DNA from: Thalia democratica | Taxonomy: Eukaryota | Reading direction: 5' to 3' | Assembly (NCBI GenBank): GCA_965202585.1 | Contig: OZ241830.1 | Location: forward strand, 59,148,001-59,212,000 | DNA length: 64,000 nt | Shown here: in pieces, positions 11,509-24,692 of the stretch | How the letters are laid out: each line of letters starts with the position of its first letter | Numbering within the stretch: the stretch's first letter is position 1 | Translations under genes and position numbers: made by a program | Notes under the pieces: model-generated | Told to the model about the DNA's origin: nothing | The model's input: the letters and a program-made list of their open reading frames with translations, nothing else | Database searches by the model: none

Positions 11509-13408
11509 TGGGTTACATGACAATTAAAATTACGACAATTCAAACTCCTTTAATTCAAATTCGGACAATTCAAATTTCGACAACTCAAATTCGGACAATT
11601 CAAACTACAACAATTCAAATTCTTACAACTCAAATTCGGACGATTTAAATTTCGACAGTTAAAACAAGGACAATCCAAATTCCGACATATTAAATTCAAA
11701 AATGAAAATCCGACAATTAAAATTCTGACAGTCCTAATTCCAACATTTCAAACTTTGAAAATTAGTTAAATAAAATAAATAAACTAAATTATATCTCGAT
11801 AATTGAAACTAGTAGTTATTTCTACTTGAATTAAAGCTTTATTGGTTTTAATATAAATTATTTTAACAATTGAGGATTTTTGTTCAAAAATGTTAAATTC
11901 CAAATATTGTCCTGAATTCTAAGAGTCCTGGTAAAATAGGTACCCTGAAACTTGGTTGTTACTTTTTTACAAAACTGCTACTCTTTTAGCAATATAATAG
12001 TTCGAACAATTTAAATTCTAACAACTTAAACTCCGAAATTTTAAACTCGAAAATTTTGATTTTGACTAAATTTCGAATAAAGCGTTAAACTAAAATTAAA
12101 AATACTTCGTTGTAATTTAAGATAATAATATTTATAAACTTTAAATTTGCCCATATTTTTTATTTGGAGATAATTACAACGACAAAATTTAATATCACTA
12201 AAATCATAATAATACAAAAGTAATAAGTTATTAAGTAACTGTGGTTTTTTTATTAACAATAATTGTTCGACTGATAATGATTTGTATATTTTTTCTATAA
12301 TGAAAGTTATACTGTTAAATTACAGAATTGAATTTAAATTGATATTATTTTAGGTAAAACCACAATAAAAAAAAACTATAAAAAAAAAGGATTTCTAGCA
12401 GTTTGGAAACTTTATAATAAAAAGTTATGAATATAAAACATAGTACTTACTTAATGAAAAGTTTTATATCATTAAAATAATACAAACATTTTCTGTTAAA
12501 AATACAATAAAAATACTGTATTGTAATAATCGTTTTAGTTTTTGCAATCTGAACTCGGGTCTTGGTCTTGTCACCTTGACTCGGTCCTCAACTTATTCCT
12601 ATTGACTACATTGCATAAGTCTAGTTAGACTATTGAATCTTATTTTAATCAGTTTATTTCTAATTTATAATATGTATGTAGTAGATATAAGGCTTTGTTT
12701 AGCAGTTTATTGTCAAGTGATGCTTTAATAATTTTCAATGTTAAATCAAAAAATTAGCTTAATAAAAAACGGTAATAACTAATTTTTATTTTTATGGTAT
12801 TTAATTTAAATAAGTTAATCTATAGAACTACGCTTTAAAAATAGTCAAATTAGTTTATACCATTACATGAAAAACTAAATGTTATTTTTTAATCGTTTTA
12901 TGCTAATAATATTTTATATACTTCCTAAAAATATTGTACATGTTTTTTAAAACTACTAATTTTTTATGTCTAAAATTATTAACAGTTTTTTAAACATTTT
13001 CTTAATAGTCTTCTATTTCTATAAGATAATTTAACTTCTAATAATTTATTTATTTATTATTAAGCAAAATTTATTTTTAAGACAACAAAAAAACGATCTA
13101 TAAAAATTTTAATATCTCAAATCTAAAAAGCAAAGTTTGATAAAAGTTATAACTTTCGTTATATTACTTATTGAAAGATTTATCTAAATTTTAATCATCT
13201 TATTCAAAAATTTCAATTGTCGCATTTGAATTGTCGTTGTTTGAATTGTCCGAATTTAAGTTGTCGGAATTTGAATTGTCCAAATTTAGATTTTCGTAGT
13301 TTGAATTGTCCGAGTTTGGATTGTCAAAATTTAAATTTTTTGTATTTTAATTGTCCGAATTAGAATTTTCGAGTTTGAGTTGTCAGAATTTAAATAGTCG
13401 TGCACCCA
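11509..13408. mobile_element. Non-autonomous TIR element with subterminal arrays of a roughly 11-bp unit (aattcggacaa-like) in inverted orientation, containing extra inserted DNA
   Basis: Ends TGGGTTACATGACAATT... and ...TAGTCGTGCACCCA. Unit arrays at 11520-11760 and 11995-12060 and, inverted, at 13210-13400. The same family occurs at 29893-30260. Confidence 0.65.
11803..11994 (+). repeat. Second copy of the 192-bp segment, embedded in the repeat array of the 11.5-13.4 kb element
   Basis: Identical to 9735-9926 and flanked on both sides by degenerate array units. Confidence 0.9.
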
Positions 13409-14626
13409 CTAGTATGTAGTGTTAAAAAAGTTGACTGTGCAACATTTTGATAATGTTGATTGATAATAACTCATGTGTATTTCAAACTACATACTTATTA
13501 TTTTAAACTAGACTTATTCAATTGTATATAAAAGTATCAAGAAAGCATAATTTCATTTATTTTTAATGTATAGAATTTGAAAACGGAGTTATATTAAAGC
13601 AGAACACTGCACGTCTTTTTGCCTGCAGTTTTCTTTTCTTTGAATTTTTCTAGTTTTTATTGCTTTACTTCACAAAAACTTACACTATCATTTTAACTTT
13701 TTGACAACAACATCAACGCTATTTTTTTGAGATGTTCAAGTTAAAGTTTCAACACTATATTCAAATTAATTATTAACATAAAAAAAAACACATTAATAAA
13801 AATTATGCTAAACACATTAAGCTTTTTATAACGATAAAAAGAGTTTTTATAGCCAAAGTTGATTATAAACTAGGAAAAAAAGTTAATTTTATAATAGTTT
13901 ATAATTGTTTAAAAGATACATGGGATTTATAGTTCTTGTTTGAAATTCATAAACTGTTTTTTTTTTTTTTGATATATAATAACACTATCTTCAAATTTAA
14001 CAAAAACTAGCTGTTTAGTTTTTTTAATTCTTTAATTTTTTTCTCTAACTTACTTTTTCTTATTTCTCAAAATTCCAACCACAAGTTAATATCTAATAAT
14101 AACTACACAGTGCAAATTTATTAAATATTAGTTATGTATTTGAAATCTTTAAGTATTTTATTTATACTTATAGCTTGTTATGAACTCTATCTTTCAAACT
14201 AAATGAATTATGTTTTTTTTTTCACATTTAATATTTTATACTAATGAGCTTATTGGAAGACACTGTTTAAGATAAAAAAGTTGAATTATTTAATGTAAAG
14301 TTAAAAATTATTAAGATATAGATGAATAACTAACATGTTTTAGTTTTTTTTTACTAATGCGAAATACATCAAACTAAAATCTAGCAATGATTTTTTATTA
14401 AGTGCGTGTTTAGTACAATTTCAAACTTAAAAAAAATCAGTGACTCAAGTAATAAAACACCAATTTTTTGCATTTGTTATAAAATACACATAAATAATTG
14501 TACAAAAAACTATTTAACAAATTTTAAGAATTCAACCTTTTTACAAAAATAACTGTTTCTAACTGTAATTATAAAAAAAAATGTTTACTTTATCGTACAA
14601 AAAAACTCATAGTCTTTCTTTTTAGT

Positions 14627-15602
14627 TCATTTATCTTTTTGTTTAAAGTATTCGTGATTCGCGACAAATTCCTCGTAGCTGGAATAACTACGCTCCCAGA
14701 ATTTTGGATGACGATACTTCTTCTTACTTGCTGCACGTTTTATTATATCGTCTGATTCTGTAGAGTTCATTATTTTAACCATGTTTTGATAGTTTACAGA
14801 ATAATGTGGGGCGTTTTTATTTATGCATGAACGCTCTTTAACCGTAGATGAACATTCAGACGCTGAGTTTATATTAGACGTTGAGGCCCCTTTGTTGAAT
14901 TCAGCTTTATTACTCGCCTTTCCTGTTGCAGCTAAATCCTGTTCGGTAAGTGCTTCTTGAGAGTCGACGTTCAAACTGATGTATCCCTGTTAAATTTGCA
15001 ATAATAACTCTATTTTTTATGCTTGACAATGTTATTTGTTGAAGAGATAAAAAAAAATCAGTACTTTTCTTATCAAGTTTTATTGCTGTTGTCTTTAAAC
15101 AAACTTTTTTATTGAGGATTTTTAAGAAAAATGTTTATAGTAATTTGAAAGTTAATTTAAGCAATAATTAGTTTGTTAATACTAATCTTTAAGAAATATG
15201 CTCAAAAACTCACTACTTTGTTTCTGCGGGACAAAAAAAGGATTGTTATGATAATGCACACCGCTATAGCCGTTAATATTCCTATAGTAATTCCAACTAT
15301 TTGTAGAGTGGTTAATCCGGAGCTTAAACAAGGTACTGAACTCTTGTCTACAATGGTCCCATTTTTCTCAACAAAACTGTCAGGGTGGTATGAATCATAT
15401 CCGTAAAAATAATTTGTTGAATTGGATAAGTGAAAGTAAAAAACATGGAAGTCATCATTGGCATACTTTTTTAAGTAAATTTTTAATCTTTTTACCGACT
15501 TTGAATCAATAACTGCTTCTTCAAAACCTTTGGACTTACAAGTTTCAATTATGGTTTTATTGAACAAAGCGGTTATCAAAACAATCTTTTCTATCTCACT
15601 AT
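14627..15602 (-). CDS. Last two exons (15214-15602, 14627-14986) of an unidentified single-pass membrane protein
   Basis: The AG/GT-bounded exons join in frame. Hydrophobic segment LQIVGITIGILTAIAVCIIITILFL is followed by basic SRRNK and a cytoplasmic tail with Tyr motifs (GYISL, HYSVNY, SYEEF). The first exon begins in phase 1; upstream exons were not located. Confidence 0.65.
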
Positions 15603-17032
15603 CTGCAAAAGTTATATAAAACTTTATTGCTAAACAAATTTAGTTTTGTTAATGTTTAGTAGAGTGTGTCGAAAAATTGTTTATTTACTTTTGTATGTTT
15701 TTCAGAATATGTTAAACCTTGTCGTATGATTTTTAGAATTAAACCTTAAAAACAAGTAAACTACAGGAAGCTTCCAGTCAAATATGATTTTTTAGGCCAA
15801 AAAAGCAATTAATTTTTATTTTAAAACAATAAAAATAAGCTCTGTATAAAAAAATGATTAAATTGCATTATCTAACAAAAAAGTGTTTACCAATACTTTA
15901 AAGTAGAATAAAAGTTTACATTAAAAGTTTATTTAAAACTTTTAACAAATGTTTACAGAACAGAAAATCAGGCGATCAAAAATTTTAATCGCAGTTTGTA
16001 ATACAAAAAAAAACTTATTTATCACTGCTAATATATTAGATAGAAAGAGTGTTTATTTCTGATTTCAGCAGTGTTATCATTTTAAACATTAAAAGAATTA
16101 TCATATTTAGACAAAATTTAATGTCTAGAACTCTATATCAGGGTTTCTGGAGTTCGCACTTTGGGTTGAGTACACAGTATTTTGCTTTTTTCAAATGCAA
16201 ACTTAAGCAAAATATTAGCTTAAAGTATATAAATTTTTATAATACTTCAATAACACTAAAACTTATAAAACTTTAATTGCCTAACTTAAACATTTTAATG
16301 TTTTAAAAAATAAACGATTTAATGAAATATGACGATTTAAATGTCAAAATCAAGGAATTTAAAATTATTAAATCAGCAAAAATCAAAAAATAAAAAATTT
16401 ATTCTGCTTTTAAGTTTACAAACAAAAAATTGAAAGTAAACCGGTGATAACTACAAGTTTGATGTTTTATAAAGATGGATTTATACATATTTTTAAGTTT
16501 AAGACTTACGAACTAAGGTAAAAGACCTTATCTGTTTAATATAACTGATAGTACTATAAGATCAACGCTAAAAGTTTAGAGTTAATCAAAAACGATAACT
16601 TTTTTGTTTAATTACGGACAAGAATAATGAAATAATACAAGGATTAGAATAAGACTATAAAATTTAAACACTTACACTTAGCATAGGTATTTATTTGTGA
16701 GAAATTTTCTTATTATTTTCAATATTTTAAAAAGTACCCGTGCAAAAGTTTCGTACATGAGTATACTGTATACCCCATTACTTCACCACTAATAATAACA
16801 TTTTGTATTACAAAACTAAGATTATTTTCGTCTATAAACTCTAAAACAACTTTAGAAAATAAATTAAATGCATAAAAATTTTTTTAATCTAATTACCTTA
16901 AAAATTTATTATTTTACTGCACCCATTTAAATTTCAAAATATGCTGTAACATAGTTGTTTTTATTATATACTTTTACTAACACTATTAGAAAAAGAAATA
17001 TCTTTTAGTTGTGAATTAGATGCTACAGTTTA

Positions 17033-17501
17033 TGGGAGGGAGTCAAATATGCACGAACAGAAAAAAAAAACAGAAAGTAAAGAATAAAAAACAAATAATA
17101 AAAAAATTACCGACAAAGGATAAGGGTTAACAGCGGTTACATTGTTTTAAAAATAAATAATAATAATAAAAAAAAAAAAAAAAAAGAAGAAATTAAATAA
17201 AATAAAAAAGAAAATTAAATAAAAAAAAAAAGTTACCGACCGAGGGTAAGGGTTAAAGGTAACAGTAAAAGATAAAAAAATCTAATTAAAACATCTAATG
17301 AAAAGAAAAAATTAAATATATAATATAAAAAAACAAATAAAGAATAAAAAATTACTGACCGTGAGTTAGGGCTTAGAAAAATAGTGATAGAAAAAAATAA
17401 TTAATAAAAATATTAAGTAAAAAAAAAAAAGTTGTTTTTAACCCGTGCAAAAGTGTTTTCGTGCAAAAATGTCCCTTCGTGCATATTTGACTCTAAACCC
17501 A
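17033..17501. mobile_element. MITE with TA target duplication and internal taagggtta repeats
   Basis: TA|TGGGAGGGAGTCAAATATGCACGAA ... TTCGTGCATATTTGACTCTAAACCCA|TA. A related copy lies in opposite orientation at about 18648-18960. Confidence 0.7.
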
Positions 17502-18109
17502 TAATTTATTAAATAAAAAATTTATTTTGGAAAAAGTAAAACAAACAAATATGAAAAATTATTTAGAACAAACTTGTTTGGTATGTTTTAGAAATATTAA
17601 AATATGTTTCTATAAACATACATTATTTGTAAACGCATAAGAATATTTTTTATTTATAACGTAATTAAGTCTTTTATGACTTTAATAAAATTTGATGTGT
17701 TAAATGAAGAAACTTTTAACAAGTTTTAAAATAAACAATTCTGTTAAATTTGTTTAAAAAAAATAGTAAGTTTAAATCTAGTATACTTTGTGCTTGTACT
17801 AACCTTTAACTACTACAAAGGGAGGCTCCGTTTGAAATCTCAAACTTGGGGCTCCAACTGCAACATTTAGCGAGGACAATAAAAGTCCGATTAAAATAAT
17901 TCTTGCTTTTTTGAAAAGTATTTTAGACGTCTGTTTTACCTGTCAAATTTTTATTTTATAGAAATTTGGCGTATTTTTAGTAACCAAAATTAATTCTGAA
18001 TACTATAATAAAAACTTAAAAACGACTTTGTCTACGTCAGACTAAGATTTTGTTTAGATATAGGACTATTTTAGAACCAGGCGGCAGGCATAGTTCCATT
18101 AAAAGACTA

Positions 18110-18477
18110 TTTGGAAACACAAAGTCACTCAAACATTAACTTTAAGTTTCAACTTGTTTATTTACTTTACATCTAGCAACCCACTCAAAAAATCTACAAC
18201 TTAAGTTGCATTTTTGCTGAGTCAGCAAGACTTTTTAATAATATTTTCATGTTATTTTAAGTTTATTTATAAAAGCACGTTTAGTTGTAATACTTTGGGT
18301 AAGGTGGGTTAGGTATATAAAAGATATATTAACTAATATTTTTTTTTGACTTTTGCCGCTTCAGCATTTGCAAGTTAATTTGCAGATTTTTTGAGTGGGT
18401 TGCCAGAAATAAAGTAAATAAACAAGTTGAAACTAAAACTAAAAAATTATGTTCGAGTGATTTTGTGAGTCCAAACG
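18110..18477. repeat. Short inverted-repeat (MITE-like) element
   Basis: aaagtcactcaaacat...tagcaacccactcaaaaaatct is mirrored by agattttttgagtgggttgcca...atgttcgagtgattttgtg. Ends approximate. Confidence 0.6.
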
Positions 18478-18647
18478 ATTTACTTGCACTGGGTACTACT
18501 AAGTATTTGTTAAAGAGGAAACTTTATATAGGTGAATTCAAAATTCGGTTTTTTTTATTGTGTTTTTTTCAAACTAACTTTAAAGTAACGTTTTTCAAAT
18601 TAATATTTATTATAAATTTAACAACAGGTCCAAACATCTACAGATAT

Positions 18648-18960
18648 AGGGTGCACGAGTAAATAATTTAGATTATTTGTTTTTATTATCACTGTTACCC
18701 CTTACCCTTACCCTCGATCGGTAGCTTTATTTTTGTTAGTTTATTTTTAGTTATATATATTATTTTTTTTTACTCTAACTGTTACACTTAACCCTTACCC
18801 TCGATCGGTGACTTTTTATTTATTTATTAATTTTTTAATTCCATTTTTTATATGTTTTAATATTTTTTTACTCTCGTGTAAAAATGACTCTCTCTACGAA
18901 AATGTTACTTGTGCATAATTGTCATTCGTGCAATTTTGTCTTAGTGCAGATTTGACCTGT
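18648..18960. mobile_element. Degenerate copy of the 17.0-17.5 kb MITE family, reverse orientation
   Basis: acccttaccctcgatcggt units are reverse complements of accgaccgagggtaagggtt; terminal cgtgcaa/gtgcaga repeats. Confidence 0.5.
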
Positions 18961-21900
18961 TGCTATATATAATAAAAACAAATACAGGTAAAAACTCTGA
19001 AATCAAACAAGGTTTGTACTTTACAACTATTTATTTAGGAAATTCTTTTAAGATTAAATAAAAAGAACTGTTTTTGAAAACCAAGGTGTAATAATAATAC
19101 CAGCATATACATATACCACTAAAAAAGTTTCTGAATACTTTAACATTAAAAGCAAGTGTTCTGAAATATTTGATGTGTCATATATAAGTATACCTGCTCC
19201 TTTAGACTAGAGCATCTCATATATTAGGGAGACCTTCAAATGTTTAGAAGAGTTGCGACCACAAAGTAAAGGATAAATGTTACTAATTTTTAACACTTGC
19301 ACAACTGTATACACTGTCAAATCTCCAATAATGTAATAATTTCAAAGTCCTTAAAATGTTGCCCAAGGTGAGCTTTATAGTTTGAATCAATGCTCATAAA
19401 AAAGGAAAAACATAAATTAAATACTCAAGTTTATGGAAATGATAAAGTAACCCTTCTAACAATATATTAACTTAATTATGTTATCATTTTTTGTTTTACT
19501 AGCATTTTTTGTTCAACTAGGTCATAATTAGTTTTAAGTTTTTTTTATATCTATAGTCAAAACTGTTTAAGATTTTGTTTATCTCAATTATCAGTGATAA
19601 ATTTTAACAGCTTAAAGTTTCATTAAAAAAAAATCTTAATCAAAAATTTATTTATGTTAAGTTGCAAGTCCGACTTAAAAAGCCATAATATATTATTGCT
19701 AGTGTAATTAGCCCAAATAGTATCTCACTTTTGACAAAATATAACAACTCCCAGACAGCTTAGATTAGAAAACTCAAATGTTTCTCCAAATTAGCTTATT
19801 TTCCAAAACAAAGCCTAAGTATTTTAAACTATCTTTCTGCTGAGTAGGAAAATCATTGACTGTTCACATTTCTTTGAAAAATAATAAGAATAAAAAAGTA
19901 AAACTTTTGTTTCTCAATAATTAAAAGAAGGTTAATTAGCATACAACCAGATATCCACTTCAACCAACTCCTTTTTGTTTAAATAATCAAGCTGAGCGCA
20001 TAGAATGGTCCAACATTTGTTTTTACAAAAATTAACTTTAGCTGTTATTTGAAGCATAGAGTATATAGTATAAGATTGTTTTATACAACAAAAAAATTTA
20101 ATTAACTTTTGAGATATAACCAGTTTTGGAAAAAAATTATATACAACAGTATATAATCAAAAATTTTCAAGGCTGATATTCTTAGAATTTAAATAAAATT
20201 TACTTAAAGTCTATCTTCTTTAATTTTTAAGCTATTGACTTCAAATCTAAAAAAAAAGTTTTTTGCTTTGTAAAATGTCCAATTGTATTGATTTAAAAAA
20301 TGAAAAAATATGACTAAAGGAAAGAAAAAATCAATAACCTTTTAAATAAGAAATAACAAAACCTTCAAAAGCGTACAATAGAGTTGTTTAAAATAAGTTA
20401 AGATTAAACTTAAAAAGTTTGAGAAAGATTGCTTAAAAAATTGGGAGAAATAGTTTTTCAATCAAATAGTCTTTTTTGGACTTTTTAACTTCACCCTTCA
20501 ATAAGGATCCTATTGGAGTCTCTAACTTTGTCCCCTCATATCTCAAATACTAATTTGTATTATACAAAACAGTAAAAAGCAACTGTAAGTTAAACAGAAA
20601 ATCTTTAAAACAAGATCAGCATGTATAATGTGCCTTACCCCTTATACCCTTGATAAAAATTTATGAAGATTTTTAAAAATTTCAGGGCATAATTTTTTTA
20701 GATCTATAATGAGATTAAGTTGACTATATTTTAATATTTTGTTATTTTATATAACTAGTTTTGTTCAAGAACATGAATTCTAATGATTTTGAAATATTTG
20801 TTTATAATTTTTTAACTTTCTGTCTAGCTCTTTTTTAGAAACAAAATTCTTAACATAGCTTTTGTTTTAAATCTGAAATTAATACTTATCATGATTTAAT
20901 TTTATATTTAGTAGAAACAGTTGAGAGGTATAAAAGTTTAACTACGCATGAAAGTTTTTTTTGATATTATAATTTTAGGTACTTATAATAAAAAATTATA
21001 TTGTTAAATATATCTTTAATTCATGGATAAAGTTAATTGTCAAATTTATGAATACTTATTTTCAGTAAAAAAGGCTAAAAAAATGTTTTTAGACTAGTGT
21101 TGTCTAATGTTTAAATACAGTATTTTAATTAGTATTTCTCTTAAGTGGATATCTTATGCTGAAGCATATACAAACAACCTTTTTTGAATTTTTCAGAAGA
21201 AATGAAACTGCAAAGCAAGCTCATAAAATTTGGCAAAAGTTAGAAAAAAAAATTTATTGTGTAATAAAAAAAAGATAGCCATGGTAAATACTGTATTGAC
21301 TTTTAGTTATAATAAGTTTCTCTGTTTTGTTAATACAAAGTTACTTTTGAGGTATAAGAGATAAAAGTTAGAGAGCTCAATAAGTTCTTTATGAAATCTC
21401 AAACTTAAAAAATAATAAAAATTTTACTAAAAGTCTATCTTTTCCTATGTTTTTTGAGATAGATACTTCAAGTTTTTATATATAGTATATATAAAATTAA
21501 TATATACATATATATATTATATATACTTTTATATACTTGAATTAAAAAATGAAATTTTACAATATTTTCTATACTGCTGATAGCAAATACTTTTAATTCT
21601 TTATTTTTTAATATTATAATCTGTATAAAATACTCGAACTTACTGACTGTTTGAAAGCAAAATGTATACTTCTTAAGGAATCTTAAAAAATTATAAATAA
21701 TGTAAAACATTATCTTTTAATAAACAACCACTTAAAGTAGGTTTTAAAAAATGATGTTCAGTAACTTAAATCAAAAAATGGGCTTAAGATTTTTTTTTTA
21801 AATATTGTTCTTCAAAGTTAAAGTTTACAAAGTGTGCGTTTATTTTTGTATGAAAGTTTTATATAAAATGTAAGTAGTTTTTACAGAGTGAATGAGTTTT

Positions 21901-23943
21901 AATTAATTAAAGATTAAAATTATTTTGTAACAAAATTCCAATTCAAATGTATAGACTGCAACTTTTTGTCATTTTTTGTAAAGTTTATATATTAACTAAA
22001 ATTTTTACCAAATACTATTTTTTGATCTAGAGAACTCAAGTTTTGATGAAAAATGTTTTAAGCTGTTTAAATTAAGTTATATGTTAGAATTATTTTTATA
22101 TTAGAAAAGCATAAATTAAACAAAAAAGGTAATGTTTTAATGATTTTTGTTTATTTTGAATTAAAAAGTTTCCCGTGAGATTAGCAACAAAATAGTTGTA
22201 AAAGCTTAAAAAGGCTGGTTAGAAATAAAGGAAAATACAGACTTCTAGTGAAACATTTTTTTGCCTTTGCAAATTCTTAGTATGGAGCCATTTAAACTCA
22301 CCCACTTTGATCCCTTCTATCTCAAAAATTACTTTGAACTTTATTCTTTACAAAGCATGAAATAATTCTTTGCAAACCAGATTCTTAAATAAAAAGTTTA
22401 TATTTAATTATATAATTTAGTTTATATTTAGTTGTTTTCGTGGCTATACTATGCTTAATAACTTTAATTTTTTTTTCTAAAAATGATTAACAATTAATAA
22501 AAATAATGAATATGCTTTAAAGATATATAGGTCTTCTAGCTGATATTATTTTAAAATTTCAGTTTAATCCTGACAAAAAGATTCATAAATAAAAAGATAA
22601 AAAAAACTTCACTAAAGTTGCATAAATCTATCTTCTATATTAATATTTTTTTAAACTTAACTAAGTTTTTGGCTAATTATTTTTTTGATGATTTTTAAGA
22701 ACTTACACAACTTTAGAAAAACATGAGATTTTATTTTGTGATTTTTGTTACCAATTAAAATAATACTTAAAAAAATCAGTGTTCCAAATTTCTTAAGCTA
22801 CTTAAGAATTGCTTTTGGTAATGAAATAACTTGAGTAAAAACTGACTTTGAAAGTTAATTAAAACTTTTATATTCAATGAATGGTGACTTAGTATTACTT
22901 ATAGCTCTCATGTAACATCCTACGTTAATTTTTGTAACAAATAAAAAAATATTTCACTTGATGGTTCGATACAATATTGTATATAAAAAAATATTATTTT
23001 GGCTGTTAATAATTCCAAAAACAGTAGTTTTATATTTTAACTAAAATTAAATATTTTTGTATATGATCAATATTTGACTTTTTAACTAAATTAGAGTTTA
23101 CCAAAGTGGGCTGTATGGTCCTCTTGTGGGCCATAAGCAGCAAAGGGGCCAAAGGGTGGCCTTGAGTAGTAAAGTGAGCCATGAGGCCATAATCAAAAAC
23201 TTAAACTAGGTATTCTGAAGTTGATGATTAAAAGGAAAACAAAAAAGATCTTAGGCGTATTGAATGGTAGTTTTCTGAAAAATCTTGTCAGTGGGGGTCA
23301 TAGCTTTTGTTTTTTCTTCAAAAGATGGTCTTATGAAAAAAGGTTTGGGAAACTTTGAGTTAGATATTAGTTAGAGTTTAAGAGTACTTGCTATTAAATT
23401 AGGTTTAATTTTTAATGGATTGAAACCAGAAAATTTTACATTTTTTGTAACTTAAATATTTACAAAGTGACTTATACTTGCCTAATACTTTTAACTTCTT
23501 TCTTAAAAAGTTTTAAATTTTTTGTTATAAGCAATTTATATAGTGACTTTTACTTGTTCTAGGCTTTTAACTTTTTTCTTTAATTAAAGCTTTTATTAAT
23601 ATGCATTATGGTGCTTATAAATATAGCAAACTTTGAGTTTTCAGTTAAATTTTTTACATAAAGCAATAATTACATAAGCCCACTATGGACAATTTAAGAC
23701 AACTTTAAAAAAGTTTTAAGAATACATTTCTTGAATTTTTAACAAAAAAACTGGAAATTGAATAAAACCTCAAAAAAGTGATTAAAAGTACATAAAATTT
23801 AGGTCCTATACAATTTGCTCTAGGATGGTTTTCAGAAAAATAAATTTTGCCAAGGTAAAAATTTCTACAACTCATCTAAGATTTTGCTCATTTTGTTTTT
23901 GTGTTATCTGCATTAGGTAAAATATTTCCAACTAAATAATTAA

Positions 23944-24692
23944 GGGCATAGGGGGGGGTAAACACCCTTTTTTGGTTTTTTATTTTACATAGTCTTTACT
24001 AAGCTAGAAGATGCTTTTTACAGATTTAGAAAATTCAAAATATTTTTTGAGATATAGCCGGTGGTCAAAGTCGGAGGCAACAATAGGATCCTTATGGGAG
24101 GCGCAAACTAAAACGGCAAATAACTAGAAATCACCAAAAATCTATCTCCTACGTTTTTTGAGATAACTACCTCAAATTTTCAGGAAATGTTCCTTGCAGT
24201 ATTTAGAAAATTCTGTCGGAACAGAATTTAAAAAAATCAAAAAATAATTTTGCAACAAAAAAACTGTTTCTTTTGTTAATTTTTTATTTACAATTTTTAT
24301 TTTTTAATTTTTAATAAAATATTTATTGAATAAAAAAAAATATATAAAAAAAACTTTTTTTTTTGTTTGTTTTTTATATAAAATTTTAATTTTTTAATTT
24401 GTTAAAAATTCCTTTTGACAGAACTTTCTAAATATATCAAGGAACATGTCCTGAAAATTTGAGGTAGTTATCTCAAAAAGGTAGGAGAAGATAGATATTT
24501 AGTGAAATAGTCTATTTTTGCTGTTTTAGTTTGCGCCTCCCATAAGGAACCTTTTGTTGCCTCCAACTTTGACCGGCTATATCTTAAAAAATATTTTGAA
24601 GTTTTTAAATCTGTAAAGAGCAACTTGTAGCTTAGTAAAAACTACATAAAATAAGATCAAGCAAAAAAGGGGTGTTTAACCCCCCTATGCCC
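23944..24692. mobile_element. Fold-back non-autonomous DNA transposon with TTAA target duplication and GGG termini (Kolobok- or Sola3-like)
   Basis: TTAA|GGGCATAGGGGGGG...CCCCCCTATGCCC|TTAA, with inverted arms of about 350 bp. TTAA plus purine termini argues against piggyBac, which has CC termini. Confidence 0.8.

Noticed and set aside
11520-11760. CRISPR-like appearance of periodic aattcggacaa units
   Set aside because: Units of about 11 bp, degenerate, with no unique spacers, mirrored at the other end of a TIR element in eukaryotic DNA.
15173-15406. Plus-strand 77-aa ORF
   Set aside because: Antisense shadow of the TM-encoding exon.
19180-20050. Possible upstream exons of the membrane-protein gene or LINE remnants
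   Set aside because: Every frame is interrupted by stops and there is no convincing motif, so it cannot be assigned.
23092-23357. Possible Charlie-type hAT MITE
   Set aside because: The TIR-like ends are degenerate and the flanks do not form a TSD.
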